Assembly: GCF_009834535.1 (NCBI RefSeq)
Contig: NC_045697.1
Span: 63,862,001 to 63,926,000 of the forward strand
DNA: 64,000 bases
From: Camelus ferus
Lineage: Eukaryota
Direction of reading: 5' to 3'
Below the pieces are notes generated by a model. That model was not told where the DNA came from. It searched no databases and saw nothing but the letters and a program-made list of their open reading frames with translations. This document shows positions 1-13,588 of the stretch, piece after piece. The translations under genes were made by a program, and so were the position numbers. The stretch's first letter is position 1, and each line of letters opens with the position of its first letter.

Positions 1-450
1 TTCCTACCCTGCTTCCTAAAATCAGTACCTATGTAGGTATCTTACATTTGGTTCCTGATTCTAGTATTTATGTTTTTGACTATGTCAGAACCAGTGACTA
101 GTACTTTCTTGGGGTTACAATTAACTAAACTTTTATTTATGTTTTTTGTATTCAATATTAAGGACTTTCTTGTTTTATGACTGTCATTGTAACTATTTTG
201 AAGATATAGCCAGTTTAACAATTTTATTTGGTCATACCCCAAAGTAGAATCCAGCAATAGGGAGGAGTTGCTTAGATGATGAGGTAATTGGAAAGGCTAT
301 AAATTTACAATGAGAGGATTCACATCTCCATCTCATGAAATGTAGTGTGCCTTTTCATTAACAGACTCACTCAAATATGCCTTTATATGTTGCTAATAAT
401 TGATTACAGTAAAACTGGAAAAATATAGTCGTAGTATTTTTCACTTTCAG

Positions 451-465
451 AGAGATGCTCTCGCA
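451..465 (+). pseudogene. Candidate micro-exon remnant (RDALA), dynein tail end
   Basis: tttcactttcag|agagatgctctcgca|gtaaga; 15 nt, phase 0-0; fits before the 1807 exon. Confidence 0.3.
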
Positions 466-1806
466 GTAAGATTAACTAACTTGAAGAAGAAAGAGTCTTG
501 AAAAGTTTTTTCAATGCTTATAGTACATTTTTATTATCAAATGCTTAAAAGGAACATCATCTATTCAAATGATATTGACTTAATTTCCTAGTGATTTATG
601 TTTTAAAAGTTATAATCAATTTTAGTGAGTGAAGCTGTATCATATTCTGGTAAAGACCAATTCTAAATTTGTGTACACTGAGGTCTATAATATTTGGATA
701 AATTTTTTGCAAAGATTTGACCCATATAATGTTATCCTTACAATTCAGAATAAAAGAACTGATTTTAAAATGGTTATTAGGTTTTCCATTTTGTGATTAT
801 AGTAACTACTTTAAGAGTTCCAAATTACAAAGCCATATATTTTTAATAGACACATCTTGTTATCTTTTTCAAAAGAATATTCTAAAATGTAATAAACTAA
901 TTCTAAGATTTAATAAACCATAAATATAAAAATTGTGAATATCAAATTTCAAAATACATTAAACAGGTCAAAAATGATTTGGCTAAAATAATTAAATACT
1001 TTGTTTTCATATTTCACAACATTGGCCTGTTGTTTCCCAGTTTATGAAAGAAAAGAGCATCAAATATTTATAAGTAGTCTATTCAATGGTAGTTACCTAA
1101 TTTAGCTGTCATTCTCCAGATAGTTGAATGTCAATCTAACTCAAATGACTACACATGATAATAATACCACCTTACTATTCAGAACCAGACAGCATTTTCC
1201 TTTATAACACAAATAGAATTGAAGTTACATATTTAAAAGGGAGGGCATAAACATAAAAGCATATGCTTTTGTTGTTTACTAACTAGTTGAAGAATTATCA
1301 TAAAAGTAAAGGAAAATAATTTTTGATACCTGTGATTAAAAGATTAAATATTTCCATAGGATTTTACACATTGTACTTCAAACAATCCTTGAAAATATAA
1401 AAATATCCAAGAAATAGTTACCACTTTTGATTCAATTTATCAATTTGTATACTATCAGTTTTCCAAAGTATTTCTCCCTCTCATTTGCTTTAATTTACCT
1501 CCCCTAATTTTCATACAAGTTATTTTTTCCTTTTTAGAGCTAAAGAGCAATTTTTAAATTCCAAACTGATTTAATCAGCAAGTGATGTAAAACAAATTAA
1601 GAAAGGCAGGAGAGCAAAGTATTTATTTATAATATTAATCTCAAAGTCAAAATGAATGATTTTAAGATACTGAGCTAGCTTCATAAGAACAAACTTTTCA
1701 AAGTAGTGTTTTTATTGTACCTTCTGATTTATTTCCTTTTCCTCTTGGTTTTTCAGTTTATTTGTTGTCATTCCCCTTTCTTTTCTATCTCCGTTTTCCC
1801 ACACAG

Positions 1807-1916
1807 TATCTTTGCATCAGTTATCATCCTATTTTAGATGTAACTTCTGCTTTACTTGTTTTCTTCTTTCGTTGCTATGCTTAAAAGCAATAAAGGAAGA
1901 ACCCTCAAGAGTAGTG
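1807..1916 (+). pseudogene. Exon remnant, dynein tail/linker junction (YLCISYHPILDVTSALL..., frameshifted)
   Basis: Strong polypyrimidine acceptor ending cccacacag; donor gtg|gtaact. YLCIS..ILDVTSALL resembles recalled DYNC1H1 YMKIN..VIELKSEAL. Confidence 0.5.
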
Positions 1917-2317
1917 GTAACTAACAGAATTTTTCCTATTAGTATTTTTGAAATACACCTTTCAAAGACATGTCTGGTAGGGTTCCTATAAACCTTACAC
2001 GAGTAAAGGAATGCATATCTAGCTCTGTATTCTTAGGGAACAAAGACAAATATATTACGTCTATAAGTTCACAGTTAAATACACATGTATATTGGGAATT
2101 GAGGAAGCTCCATTCTTCAGAAAAGAAGTTTCAGTCAGAAAGATAACACCAAGGAAAAACCTTAAATGGCATGATGAAATTATCAGTATACCACTAATAG
2201 AAGACAAGCTAATAAAATAGATTGTTCAAAGGTGGAAAAGGTACAAAAGAAAAATGTAATGTATGTTATAATCCTATGATTTGCAAGGAAAATGCTAAAT
2301 ATCTTCTTTCTTTTAAG

Positions 2318-2371
2318 ACGAGAATAGTGGTTTTACATTTAATTGAGCTTACAATTTTGAACTGCTGAAAG
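2318..2371 (+). pseudogene. Exon remnant TRIVVLHLIELTILNC*K
   Basis: ttctttcttttaag| ... aag|gtaaaa; 54 nt, phase 0-0. LIELTI resembles dynein VSELTL; internal TGA. Confidence 0.5.
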
Positions 2372-2504
2372 GTAAAAACCCATGCTCAGTTATGATAAAA
2401 AGAAAGAAAAAGGCATTTCCTTTGATGTATAGATCATTGCAATTATCATTCTACACTATTAAATTTATTTAGGTGATGAATGTAAAACTGTATGTAGATG
2501 TTAT

Positions 2505-4530
2505 AGTTTCAGCTTGGGATGTAGAAAGCTGAAAAGAGCATTGTTCCTATCCTTACAATAACAATAAATCACTTGGAGAAAATAGAAATTCACAACTTTT
2601 CTTGAATCATCAGAGAACTAAAGTCACAAGGGCAGTCAACCTAAGATAGAAGTAAAGACAGGCACCTTGCAAGGAGAGACCATATGGAGCAGGCACCATC
2701 AGATAACAGAATCCTAACAGAATCCATTTACCCCTCACCAATTTGGTCAACAAATTGGTGAGGGGTAAATGTACGCTAGCAAGAGAATATAAACATAAGA
2801 ATTTATACCCACTTATAGGCTCTTCTCTACAGGCTTCATTAGATGTTCACATAAAAACATTGGCAAGATTCCTGAGAAAGTGTCTCTTGAACTAAAGGTC
2901 TAAAGAAGGGAACTGCAGCTACTCCAGGAAAAGCACAAAACTCCACCCAGATGCTTCTTCCCAATTGTCCATACAGAACAAAAGCTTCAAATACAGGGGG
3001 AAAGCAAACCACACTGGTGAAAACCCATTGCAGCTGGGAGAAGGGAGCAGAAAAACATCTTTTATTTCTGGGACAGGGACAAGAATACATGAAGGGCTCA
3101 GAACTATAGCTGGAGGTGACAAATACTGAGAGGGCCACATCTGTGAGACCCTGGGACACAGTGCCTTCCTAAGATTTAGTTTCAATCAGAGGAGCAGAGA
3201 AGGCCCCACTCTCCTTAACACAGACTAACAAGCAGTGAGTTGTTAAATAATAGAATGTGGCTGGGAATGTTACAGGAGTGTGGAAAGAAACCCTCTCTGA
3301 GGCCCAGTGCAAACTAGAGACTAAAGGTGGAGCATATGTTTAGAAAAATTCTTGGCAAACCAGTTCCTACCCTAAGCACTCAGTATCATTAGAGAAAATT
3401 GAAGGCTGTGGGTAACCATAGCAACAGTAATGAACTCAGTTTAACTGTACTTGGTTGACCCAGTTGTCCCTACTAAAGCCTTAGCAGAAGGAAAGGTATG
3501 CCCATTTCCAAACATAAAATTTATTTACCCAAGTCTCTAATGTCCTATGCAATATATCTGGCTTTCAACAAAAATTTGAAGGCACATGGAAAAGCAAGAA
3601 AAAACAACACACTGCCTACTGACAAAAGAATCAACAGAATCAGATTCAGATATTATGCAAATGTTGGAAATATCAGAAAGGGGAATTAAAATAACCATAA
3701 TTAGTATGTTAAATGGAAAAGTTTGACAATATGGAAGGACAGATGTGTGTGCAATTTCAGCAGAGAGATGGAGTTACAAGAATGAATCCAATAGAAATGC
3801 TAGATATTAAAATCTCAATAGCAGGTGAAGAATGTCTGTGATGGTCTTATGTATAGACTCAACGTAGCCAAGGGAAAAAAAAATCAATGAATTTGAAGAT
3901 AGGTCAATATAAATTACCCAAACTGAAACACAGTAGGAAAAAAAGTGGCAAGAAGGAAAAAAAAAAATTCAAAGCTGTGGAAAAATATCAAGTGGTCTAA
4001 CTCATGTGCATTTGAAATCTCAGTGGGAAAAACAGAACAGTATAGAAGAAAGAACTGAGAAACAATGGCCACAATGTTCTATAATTAATGGCACACACCA
4101 AATTAGAGATCCAAGAGCTTAAAGAGCACCAAACAAAGGAGAATTAAAAACAACAACAGCAACAAAAAAAAAAGTTAACTAGGCATAGCCTATTCAAACT
4201 GTTTAAAAATCAAAGACAAAGTCTGAAGGTAGCCAAAGAAGGAAAATAATATACATTACATACAGAGGAATAAATGACAATTACAGTGGAATTCTCACCA
4301 AGAACCCTGTAAGCTAGGAGACAATAAAGTGACATCTTTAAAGTTTTGAAAGGGAAAAGCAAACTGGCAACACAGAATTCTATAGTCAGTTTATTTATTT
4401 ATTTTATTTAAAATTTTTTTTTCACCTTCCAAAAAAATGAAGGTGAAATAAAGACTTCAGAAAAACAAATGCTGAGAAAAATCATTGCCAGTATACTTCC
4501 ACCATAAGAAATGTTAAAGGAAGAAATATA
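2505..4530 (+). mobile_element. Old L1 (L1MC/L1MD-type) 5' UTR and ORF1 remnant
   Basis: ggatgtagaaagctgaaaagagc... 5' motif and an A-rich ORF1-like tract ending ...ggtgaaataaagacttcagaaaaacaaatgctgagaaaa. Confidence 0.75.
2704..2771. repeat. Perfect 21-bp inverted repeat with 5-nt loop, preceded by an 11-bp tandem duplication
   Basis: catttacccctcaccaatttg (2725-2745) gtcaa caaattggtgaggggtaaatg (2751-2771); taacagaatcc twice (2704-2725). Confidence 0.95.
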
Positions 4531-4696
4531 TAGCATTGGAAATGGAATAACTGGAACTAAAAATAAACTTTCCTTTAAAAATTACATATAGAAAGATCTG
4601 CTCTATATTCCTATATGATTTATGACATGTTTTAAATTTGTGAAACTCAAGTTAGATTAAATTTTGTTACTACTAAGGAATTACCAAAATGATTAT

Positions 4697-5036
4697 CTCC
4701 TTAGTCTGTTCCAGCTTTTCTACCAAAAATACCATAGATTGGGTGGCTTAAACAAACGTTTATTTCTTACAATTCTGGAAACTGGAAAGTCCAAGATTAA
4801 GGAGCTAGCAAATTTGGTGTCTGATGAGAGCCCACTTCCTGGTTCACAATGGTTTATCACTGTGTACTCATCTGGCAGTAGAGTTGAGGGTGCTCTCTGG
4901 TATGCCTTTTATAAGGGCACTAACCCCAGTCATCAGGGCTTTGCCTCCCTAAGGCTTCCCCTCTAAATATCATCTCATTAAAGATTAGGTTTCAACATAT
5001 GGATTTTTAGGGAATATAAATATTCAGTCTATAGCA
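4697..5036 (-). mobile_element. MaLR LTR (MLT1A-like)
   Basis: ttagtctgtt...ataccatagattgggtggcttaaacaa...tttcaacatatg...ttcagtctatagca matches the reverse MLT1A pattern. Confidence 0.8.
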
Positions 5037-6378
5037 ATCATATTCACAATATTTTTATAGCTTATGCCTCCTACCTCTATAATTGACATTTTGTAGGTAT
5101 TTCTTTTTGTGTTTTTTAAGTCAATAGTTTTATAATAAATATTTAAAGTTAATGATGAAGCAGAAACTGTGCATGCAATATGAAACAGAGAGACAGGAAC
5201 CAATACTATTAAAATCCAATCCAGTAATCATTTACTAATCCATATTTCTGTACCTCAGTGACTGTATGTATTGTCATGTTGTTACAGTCCTCTCTTACCA
5301 AAATTATTCTAATACAACGACATTTAAAGATTGGAAATTGAAGTACTCAACTTAATACGCAAAGAATATTGTGGGCTAATACTATAATACAGAATGAAAG
5401 GATTATGATCTTGCTTTCACATTTTCTTTTAAATAGATGGTGAGCTAAAAGTAAATGAATTAGGTTACTATCTTTAGGAATTAGGAATAATCAGAATACT
5501 CTTTTAGAACTTTGGAAATTTTCCATGATTAAACTAGCATCCAATTATTAAAGGAGTAAATTTTTCCCTGTACATGTTTATATGTTACTTTATGATTCTT
5601 CTACATATTAATACATATCTATCAGCGCTCACAAGGTGCTGGATACTGCCTTTATTAAAGTTTATAGACATGATGAGATCACTAGTGACATTAAATGAAC
5701 ATCTAGATTAAGGCAACATATTAAAGAATATGTTAGTAAATATAATTTAGATTTAGTAGTTGTGGCCTGTTGATATCACAGAGTTGGAGGGTGAATTTAG
5801 TTTATATTCTTATGACTTTTCTTAAAGATGCAAATAGGTTAAGTTTCCCAGTAGGGGGAGAATATAAGAAATTGTCATAGACTAACAATATGAAACTATA
5901 AATGGTCTTAGAGATTATCTTTTCCAATATATCCATATCACAGATAAATCTTTGAGAGATGAACTGATTTACCAAAGTACAAGATTTAGTGACAAAGCTG
6001 GGCTTCTAATCCATCTTTCCTATTTCTTCTTTCTAGGTTCTTTACATTAAAATTGTTATCAAGGTATCATCTTTTCTCCTCATTCTGTTGGAGGTTTTTT
6101 CTCTTTCTATTGAACTAGGAGATGATACCCAAGTAACTCTTAAAGGATGAACAGAAATTAATCAGGTAAAGAATGTGAACAAGAGCAAGTCCAGATAGAT
6201 GGAGCAGCATGTGGAGAGCATGGCTGGGGACCAGAGTACAGCTTCTTTGAGCAGCTGTGCACAGTTCACAGGGTGAGGGATTGAGTAGTTGTGCAGTTGA
6301 AGTATTCCCTTGCAACGTTGGAAAGGGTCAGTTTCTCTGCTACAAGCCAGACTAAATTCACAACAGCAAGTATTGCTA

Positions 6379-7420
6379 TTTTTTTTTTAATTGAAGTATA
6401 GTTGATTTACAATTCTGTGTTACTTTCAAGTGTACACATATATATACATACGTACATATATATACACACATACATATGATTTTTTTCAAATTATTTTCAT
6501 TTAGGTTATTACAAGATAGTGACTATTGCTCCCTGTGTTATGCAGTAAATTCTTGTTACTTATCTATTTCATATATAGTAGTTTGTGTATGTTAATCCCA
6601 TACTCCTAATTTATCTCCCCTCATTCCTTTCCACTTGGGTAGCCATAAATTTGTTTTCTACATCTGAGTCTGTTTCTGTTTTGTAAATAGATTCATTTCT
6701 ATTATATTTTAGATTCTGCATATAAGTGATATTATATATTTGCCTTTTTCTAACTTACTTCACTTAGTATGATCATCCCTAAGTCCATCCATGTTGCTGC
6801 AAATGGCATTGTTTCATTCTTTTTTATGTCTGAGTAATATTCCAGTGTGTGTATGTGTGTGTGTATACACATCACATTTTCTTTATCCAGTCATCTGTTG
6901 ATAAGCACTTAGGTTGCTTCCATGTCTTGGCTATTATAAATAGTGCTGCTAAGGACATTGGGGTGCATGCATTTTTTCAAATTAGAGTTTTTGTCTTTTC
7001 CAGATATATGCCCAGGAGTAGGATTGCTGGATCGTATGGTAGCTCTATATTTAGATTTTAAAGGATGCGGTTTGTGTATTTTGGAAATTAAACCCTTGTT
7101 GGTCACATTGTTTGCAAATATTTTCTCCCATTTCGTACGTTATCTTTTCGTTTTGTTGATGATCTTCTTTGCTATGCAAAAGCTTTTAAGTTTGATTAGG
7201 CCCCATTTCTTAATTTTTGCTTTAACTTATTTTGCCCTGGGAGACTAATCTAAGAAAATATTGCTATGATTTATATTTGAGAATGTTTTGCCTATGTTCT
7301 CTTCTAGGAGTTTTATGGTGTCATGTTTTATACTGAGGTCTTTAAACCATTTTGTGTTTATTTTTGTATAAGGTCTGAAGGAGTACTCTAATTTCATAGA
7401 CTTACATGAGGCTGTCCAAT
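6379..7420 (-). mobile_element. L1 3' end with ORF2 C-terminal remnant, internally deleted near 7060
   Basis: Poly-T then aattgaagtatagttgatttacaa; ORF 6909-7106 (TNKGLISKIHK...) is L1 ORF2-like. Confidence 0.9.
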
Positions 7421-9049
7421 TGTTTTCTTTTTAATAAGTTCAGTAGTTTTGGCAAAAGACACTGATTTTTATTAAAAGTTAAGCATTTGTGTACCCTTTC
7501 ACGTGCAATCCAAGAAACACTTGAATTATTGATCCCTATGGTAGGTATAATTTATTGTGAAAATTTACATTATTAGTGAACTTAGCTCAGTGCTCAAGCA
7601 TTTTCTTGTCTGTATTATTCCACGTTCCACAGGCACTCTTTTCCTTATGATCTGTGATCTGCTTTCCCATAGGACATCTATGGGGAGAATATGAGGCTGG
7701 GGTCTGGGGGCCTTAACCATCTAGTTTTCTTAGCAGCAGCAATTGAAACTGGAAACCAATAAATTAACATTGAATTTTATACAACTTTCGCATGAATCTT
7801 GTTCAGATAAATCTATTTATAAAAAATTAATTATTGATCTGTTTTTAAATCTGAGACTAAAGGTACATTTTGGGGAGACTGAAAATGTCCTGCAAGAAGG
7901 TTTCCTGGGAGACCCCACAGAACATTGGCTAGTGTCCCTTCTTAACCACCACCCGCCTCTTCACAACCCTGGCTGTATTGCTGAGTCTCATTAAGAATAA
8001 TGTTGTGAACTTATGTAAATTGACCTTTATTTTCTTAACATCTGTTTTTGTGGGATTTATGGCATTTGGAAAATTGGTAGATATAATATAATCACAGAAC
8101 TCATTTGACTGAGAAATCTTTATAATCAATCTCTGCAACAGATTGTAGTAAATTCTTACATTAGATCAAGAATCTTCTCTTAGAGTATCATTTTTATCTA
8201 CAAAATGTCAATTAGTGTTAGAAATTAATGATATCATTTTAATTTATTGGCCACTGCTTTTGTTTCAATTTACATGGGAAAGAACAAAAATCATTCTTTA
8301 TTAATAAATGTGCATTAGACATGGGGATTTTTTTATGAAAACTTGCTGGTCAAAATCCATTCAATCTGTGTTTTGGAATAATCCTAAGTTTTATAGCCTC
8401 TGTTTCTTTAAAATTTTGTTCTCTGCTGGATATTATTTAAGTTAGAAAATGTTATTTACAGTCAGCCTTTTTTGTGAAACTGACTTACAGTTTAAAAGAG
8501 TGTGTTTCTTTGCTCTCATGTAGAATAGCCAATCGAGGCAAAACATTAAAAGTAATTAGAAGATATTGGGATGAGGCTGTCAAGATTAAAAGCTTTTAAA
8601 AATTACATGATTTCTTTCCAATCTCTAAATATGTGAGAATATAATTATTCTTCAAGTTATGAGCTACAAAAAGTTTCCTGTGGCCGTTCAGGAGTTAAGA
8701 GTTTAGAGTCCTTTCTCTTATCTTTTCGTTACTCCATATGATGGAAGAGTCAAGAAGGCAGATGTTCAGGGAAGAAGATGAAAATTGTCTAACCTCCCTG
8801 TATTACAAGACATTCAAAAGTACTATGTAATTTCTTAATAACTAATATTCATTATATTTAATTAAATTTTCTCATTGTGGTGATTTTCTAAATCTATGAG
8901 TAATATAAGAAATATACATGAAAACTGCCTTTTAATGGATTTTAGTTTATGTAATCTTAAATTATGTTTCTTGCTAAGACAAACATATTTTAGATGTTCT
9001 TTTGGGAAGTTCAGTTAGAGACTGCTCCTGAGTGACTATCAGTAAAGTA

Positions 9050-9180
9050 AGCAATGTTTCTGAGCACTGCTAGATATCAGACACCATATTAAGTGGTGTA
9101 TTTATTTTATCTCATTTAATGTTCTTAACAGATCTGAAAAGTGGGTATTAGCCCCATTTTAAAATGAGATATCTAACTCC
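9050..9180 (-). mobile_element. MIR, interrupted by the MLT1 LTR at 9200 and resuming near 9666
   Basis: MIR core atctcatttaat...ccccattttaaaatgag. Confidence 0.6.
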
Positions 9181-9199
9181 CTTAGTGACTATAAGTTAG

Positions 9200-9665
9200 T
9201 GTTAGTTTCCTAAGACTGCCCTAATAAATTATCACAAATTTCTGTGGCTTAAAATGCCAGAAAATAATTTTCTCTTTCATTTCTGGAGGTCAGAATTCTG
9301 AAATCAAGATGTCAGGAGCGTTTGTTCCTTCTTGAGACTCAAAGGAGAATCCATGCCAAACCTACTGCCTCACTTCTGGTGGCTGCTGGTAATTCTTGGT
9401 ATTTCTTGGCTTAGGGATTCTTTACTCCAATCTCTGCCTCCATTTTCACTAAGCCTTCCCTCCGTGTGCCCCTGTCTTCTCCTTTTCTGTCTCTTATAAA
9501 GACATTGAATTTAGGGCCACTCTGAATCTAAAGTGATGTCATCTCATCTCAAGAGCATTAACTTAATTACATCTATAAAGACCCTGTTTCCAAATCAGGT
9601 CACATAGTGAACTGAGGGTTATAACTTGAAAATATATTTTGAGGGTGACTAGTTAGCCTACTACA
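9200..9665 (-). mobile_element. MaLR LTR (MLT1C/D-like)
   Basis: tgttagtttcctaagactgcc...ggcttaaaa...ccctgtttccaaatcaggtcaca...ctactaca. Confidence 0.8.
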
Positions 9666-10499
9666 ATGTGCAGTGGCAGGGTCAGAATTTAAATTCTGTT
9701 TGGTTTTTTTCCCTTTGGAGTACAAATGCTTTTCATTGTTCTGCACCAACTCCGTAACTCAGTAAATAGGGCTCAGATTCCATATTAGGCACAAAATGAC
9801 ACTCTTAAAAGATGACTAATACACATTTCTTGATTTTGAGGTGCTTATACACTCATGAGACATGGCTGGCTCTTTCTTTAATTTCCAAAAAAGTAACATC
9901 ATTGCATTATAATTACAGAGAGAAAATATAATTTAAACTGCCTAGTGAAATAAATTGCCATATATTACTTCTTTAATTAAGCATATTTTCTTTATCAGTT
10001 ATCATTTAGAAACCAGCAAAATGATAAAATTAAATTAGTACAGTGGCTGTTAATTATTACAAGAATTAAATAGCACTTTTAAATTTCTTGTATCAGAAAG
10101 TTAGACAAAATTTAGAGAAAATTAATTTTTAAAGAAGGATTAAGTTTTTAAAGGGATAAATACAATATTAGCCATTATTAAACACACTCCAAAAATACTA
10201 TAAATATTTTGAGTATAAAAAATTATTAGAAAGTATTATGTGATCTAAAAGGTTATATGGTGTTTACTTCTAAAGGAAAACATTTTAATATTTAATTATA
10301 AAAATCTGGAAAATTAAATATTTTGAAATATTAGAATACCATTTATATTTTATAAAGTTCACCAACACTTATTTTATTAAAAAATAGTTTTCTAACAGTT
10401 ATAAAAATGTATTTATACTCATAACTATTACATACAGTGAGAAATCACTAGGTTTTTGTTGTTCTTGATGATGATAATGGGTTTTTTTCATCATTTTAG

Positions 10500-10604
10500 G
10501 GGAGACTAGCTCAAAAGTGATAGAGCATCAAAGTTATCCTGACTGTTCTTTTGTGCTGAGTTTCATAGCAGAATCAGCCTGCCTGTGTTTTTGCATACAT
10601 CATG
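10500..10604 (+). pseudogene. Exon remnant, dynein linker start (GRLAQK**SIKVILTVLLC*VS*QNQPACVFAYIM)
   Basis: tttttcatcattttag| ... catg|gtaatt; 105 nt. Frame 0 IKVILTV aligns with recalled DYNC1H1 VKDVLLV; phase-consistent with neighbours. Confidence 0.55.
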
Positions 10605-10700
10605 GTAATTGGATAAAATTGTTTGTTTTAAAAGCTACTTGAGTGTATTTCATACTAGAATATTTCATATTAAAAAAAATTAAATTAAAACAAAAAACTT

Positions 10701-10835
10701 GGGGGGAGGGTATAGCTCAAGTGGTAGAACACATGCTTAGCATACACAAGGTCCTGGGTTCAATCTCCAGTATTTCCTCAATAAATAAATAAACCTAATT
10801 ATCTCCCCCCACTGAAAAAAAAATAATTAAAAAAC
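10701..10835 (+). mobile_element. tRNA-derived camelid SINE (vic-1-like)
   Basis: ggggagggtatagctcaagtggtaga (A box) ... gggttcaatctcc (B box); A-rich tail; approximate TSD aaaacaaaaaactt / aaaacagaaactt. Confidence 0.85.
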
Positions 10836-11386
10836 AAAACAGAAACTTTAACCTAGTAACTTTATAGTAAGTAAATGAAGATCTATGTCTGTAAATACAA
10901 CACACTCAAAGTATTTGCATAACAACATGGTTTTTAAAAAATGAAATACGGAAGTAGTTCCTCAAAGCCTTCATTTGAAATCAGGAGGTTTGAACTTACA
11001 CAGCTTCAGAGCTGGAAGGGTAACTGATTCTGAGACTAGACTGTATGTAGAAAGAGGAGGTGTAGGAGTAGCAATGGGCAGGATAAGGAAGAAAGCAGAT
11101 ATAGGAAACTGGGAGTCAAAATCTAACTTTTCCTTATATTTACCAATGTAAGATAAATAATTCCACTTTCCATTTTCCTTCACATTTCTGTTCATCTCCT
11201 GTCCTTCATATTCCTGCCCTTTTACTTACCTCTTTCTCTGGCTCGCTACATCTTCTTTCTCCACATAGCATGGTGATTCTTAGCTTTAGATTTGGATGGT
11301 AGTATGCATTCAATCAAAGACTTTTCTATAATTAATTCTTAGGGCTTTTCAGGGTTTCTTTTATTGATTAAAACCAAATCAGTCTA

Positions 11387-11712
11387 AAAAGACACAAATG
11401 AACTTACTTACAAAACAGAAATAGACTCACAGTCATAGAAAATAAACTTACGGCTTCTGGGAGGGAAGGGGGTAGAAAGGGATACATTAGGAGTTCGAGA
11501 TTTGCAAATACTAACTACTATATATAAAATAGATATACAACAAGTTTCTTCTGTATAGCACAGGAAACTATTTGATATCATATACTAACCTATAATGAAA
11601 AAGAATATGTAAATGAATAGATGTATGTATATGCATGACAGACATTATGCTTTACACCAGAAATTGACAAAATATTGTAAACTGACTATAGTTCAATTTA
11701 AAAGATAAAAAT
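11387..11712 (+). mobile_element. 5'-truncated lineage-specific L1 3' UTR with TSD
   Basis: acaaatgaacttacttacaaaacagaaatagactcacag...tgtaaactgactatagttcaat; flanks aaaccaaatcagtcta / aaacaaattagtcta. Confidence 0.9.
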
Positions 11713-12884
11713 AAACAAATTAGTCTATCCAAGTGGCCATAGTTAATATATAGAATGAATAGATAGAAGAATGAAAAACAAAGAATAATTACAGTTTTGA
11801 AAATCCTTATCTGATGGGGATACAGAAATAGCCATTTCCTTCCTATTGCATTTCAATTTTTTTAAGCAATTAGAATCTGTATTGATCAAATTTACTGTCA
11901 TTATCTCATTTGTTTGGTTATGAGATATTTGTCACTGCACCTGGGAGATCACCTGGTCTAGAGGGTGTGGAAGATAAGTAAATTAGAATTATTATCCTAC
12001 CTGTTGAGCTACAAATTAGAAACCTAAATGGACTGGAGATTACAGTCAAACAGAGGGTCAGCTCATATGTCTGGAGCATTTGGGCACTCTTTAAAAAGAG
12101 AGGATAATTGAGGTGCTTGAAAAGTGATGGAAATGACTCTTTTATTTTTTACAAATTGTAAGTTTTTTCACAAATACAACTTATAAAAGAGAATGCAAAT
12201 TTTTGTTTACATTTCTACCTTTGATTCATTTATTCAGTATTTTAAATTTTATAACTTAGTATAATTAGCACTTTAACATAAGTGAGTAAGATTCGATTTT
12301 TGACTTCAGAAGTTGAAGAATTTAACAGAATTTTGAATGAAATACATTAAGGGAATATAAAAGTAGGAAATGATAGATCTATGTATTGTTTTCTGCTTTA
12401 ACATTTCCTACAAAGTAAATCTTTAACATACTGTATCACTACAATATAAATTTACTCTGTAATTAAAGTGCCTAGACTTTAATATGAGACTAAAAGTAAA
12501 CTATTAGTGAATTATATATACTTTATTTGTGACATTAGTGGCCACATGGTTAACAATCAATTTATTTATTATAACTATCTATATGCTTAATTTCTAAATA
12601 AGGAGAGAAACTAAAGAAATCACTATTTAAAAAATAAATAAGTAAATAAACAAACAAATTGCTATTCCAAATTTGGAATTGAGGCATGTTATTTTGACCA
12701 TTAAGCTATCTGTAAATAGTCCAAAATAAAATTGAGTTGTGTCAGATATCACTATAGACAGTAAAATGAAGTAGTTTTGCTTCTGAACCTCCATGTTCAG
12801 TTGCTCTGATTCAATTCTACTTTTTCTCTGATGTAGCAAAAAAAAAACAACAGAATATGCAAAAACTAATCTAATTCTTTCAAA

Positions 12885-13070
12885 TTATATATTTGAAAAT
12901 AATTATATAATAAAAATGTATATTATATACATTTGTTTTATATATGTATTATATTTTTATAAATTATAGATATTATATATACATTATATTTATTAACTAT
13001 AAATTACATATAATTATATACTAAAGTGTATAATGATATATAGATAGATAGATAGATATGTATAATTACT
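12885..13070. repeat. AT-rich low-complexity tract with short (GATA)n
   Basis: Directly visible TA-rich sequence and tagatagatagataga. Confidence 0.85.
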
Positions 13071-13072
13071 AA

Positions 13073-13320
13073 TGTTGACCTGAAATAGACGGCCAGTTAT
13101 TTCTCCAGCAACATCAGGTTTATTTGGGATCAGCAGAGAATTGTAATTTGGGGTCTACAATCTTGATGAGCCACATGTAATTCCCTGCAGAGCAAGGGAA
13201 GAACACTTTGATAGAAAGGAAAAGGAAGTCGGGAGGGTGATAGTAAACAAGGAGTCTAGCTTTTCATTGGCTGAGTCCTTGTGAGGAAAGAAGAGAGGTC
13301 TTTTTCCCTTCTTCTAGCAG
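13073..13320 (-). mobile_element. ERV1-type LTR fragment
   Basis: Starts tgttgacc; tttatt (minus-strand poly(A) signal) and attgg (minus-strand CCAAT); same layout as the LTR at 22212. Confidence 0.65.
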
Positions 13321-13389
13321 AGCCACTGAGCTAGATGTGGTTATTTATGTGGTTATTTCTACTTCTATAAAGAACAGTACTGAGTTTGT

Positions 13390-13520
13390 ATAATTCTCAG
13401 TATATTGTCCATTTTTCCATGTGAAGAAATTGAGGAACAGAGAGGTCAAGTAACTTACCTAAGGCCACACAGCCAACTATTTATGGAGTTAGCATTTGAG
13501 CTCATGCAGTTTGTCTCCAG
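13390..13520 (-). mobile_element. MIR
   Basis: gaagaaattgaggaacagagaggtcaagtaacttacctaaggccacacagc MIR core. Confidence 0.8.
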
Positions 13521-13588
13521 GGAAATGTATAATACCCTTCTAAAATGAGGCAATCATAAGTCAAAAATATGAAAGGTAAAAGTACAGA

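Noticed and set aside
10500..10604. Open frame ETSSKVIEHQSYPDCSFVLSFIAESACLCFCIHH as an intact coding exon (faint TMEM232-like FIAES)
   Set aside because: The stop-containing frame 0 fits dynein and neighbouring phases better; TMEM232-like snippets elsewhere are out of order.
10703..10780. tRNA gene
   Set aside because: Degenerate stems, A-rich tail and TSD show it is a SINE.
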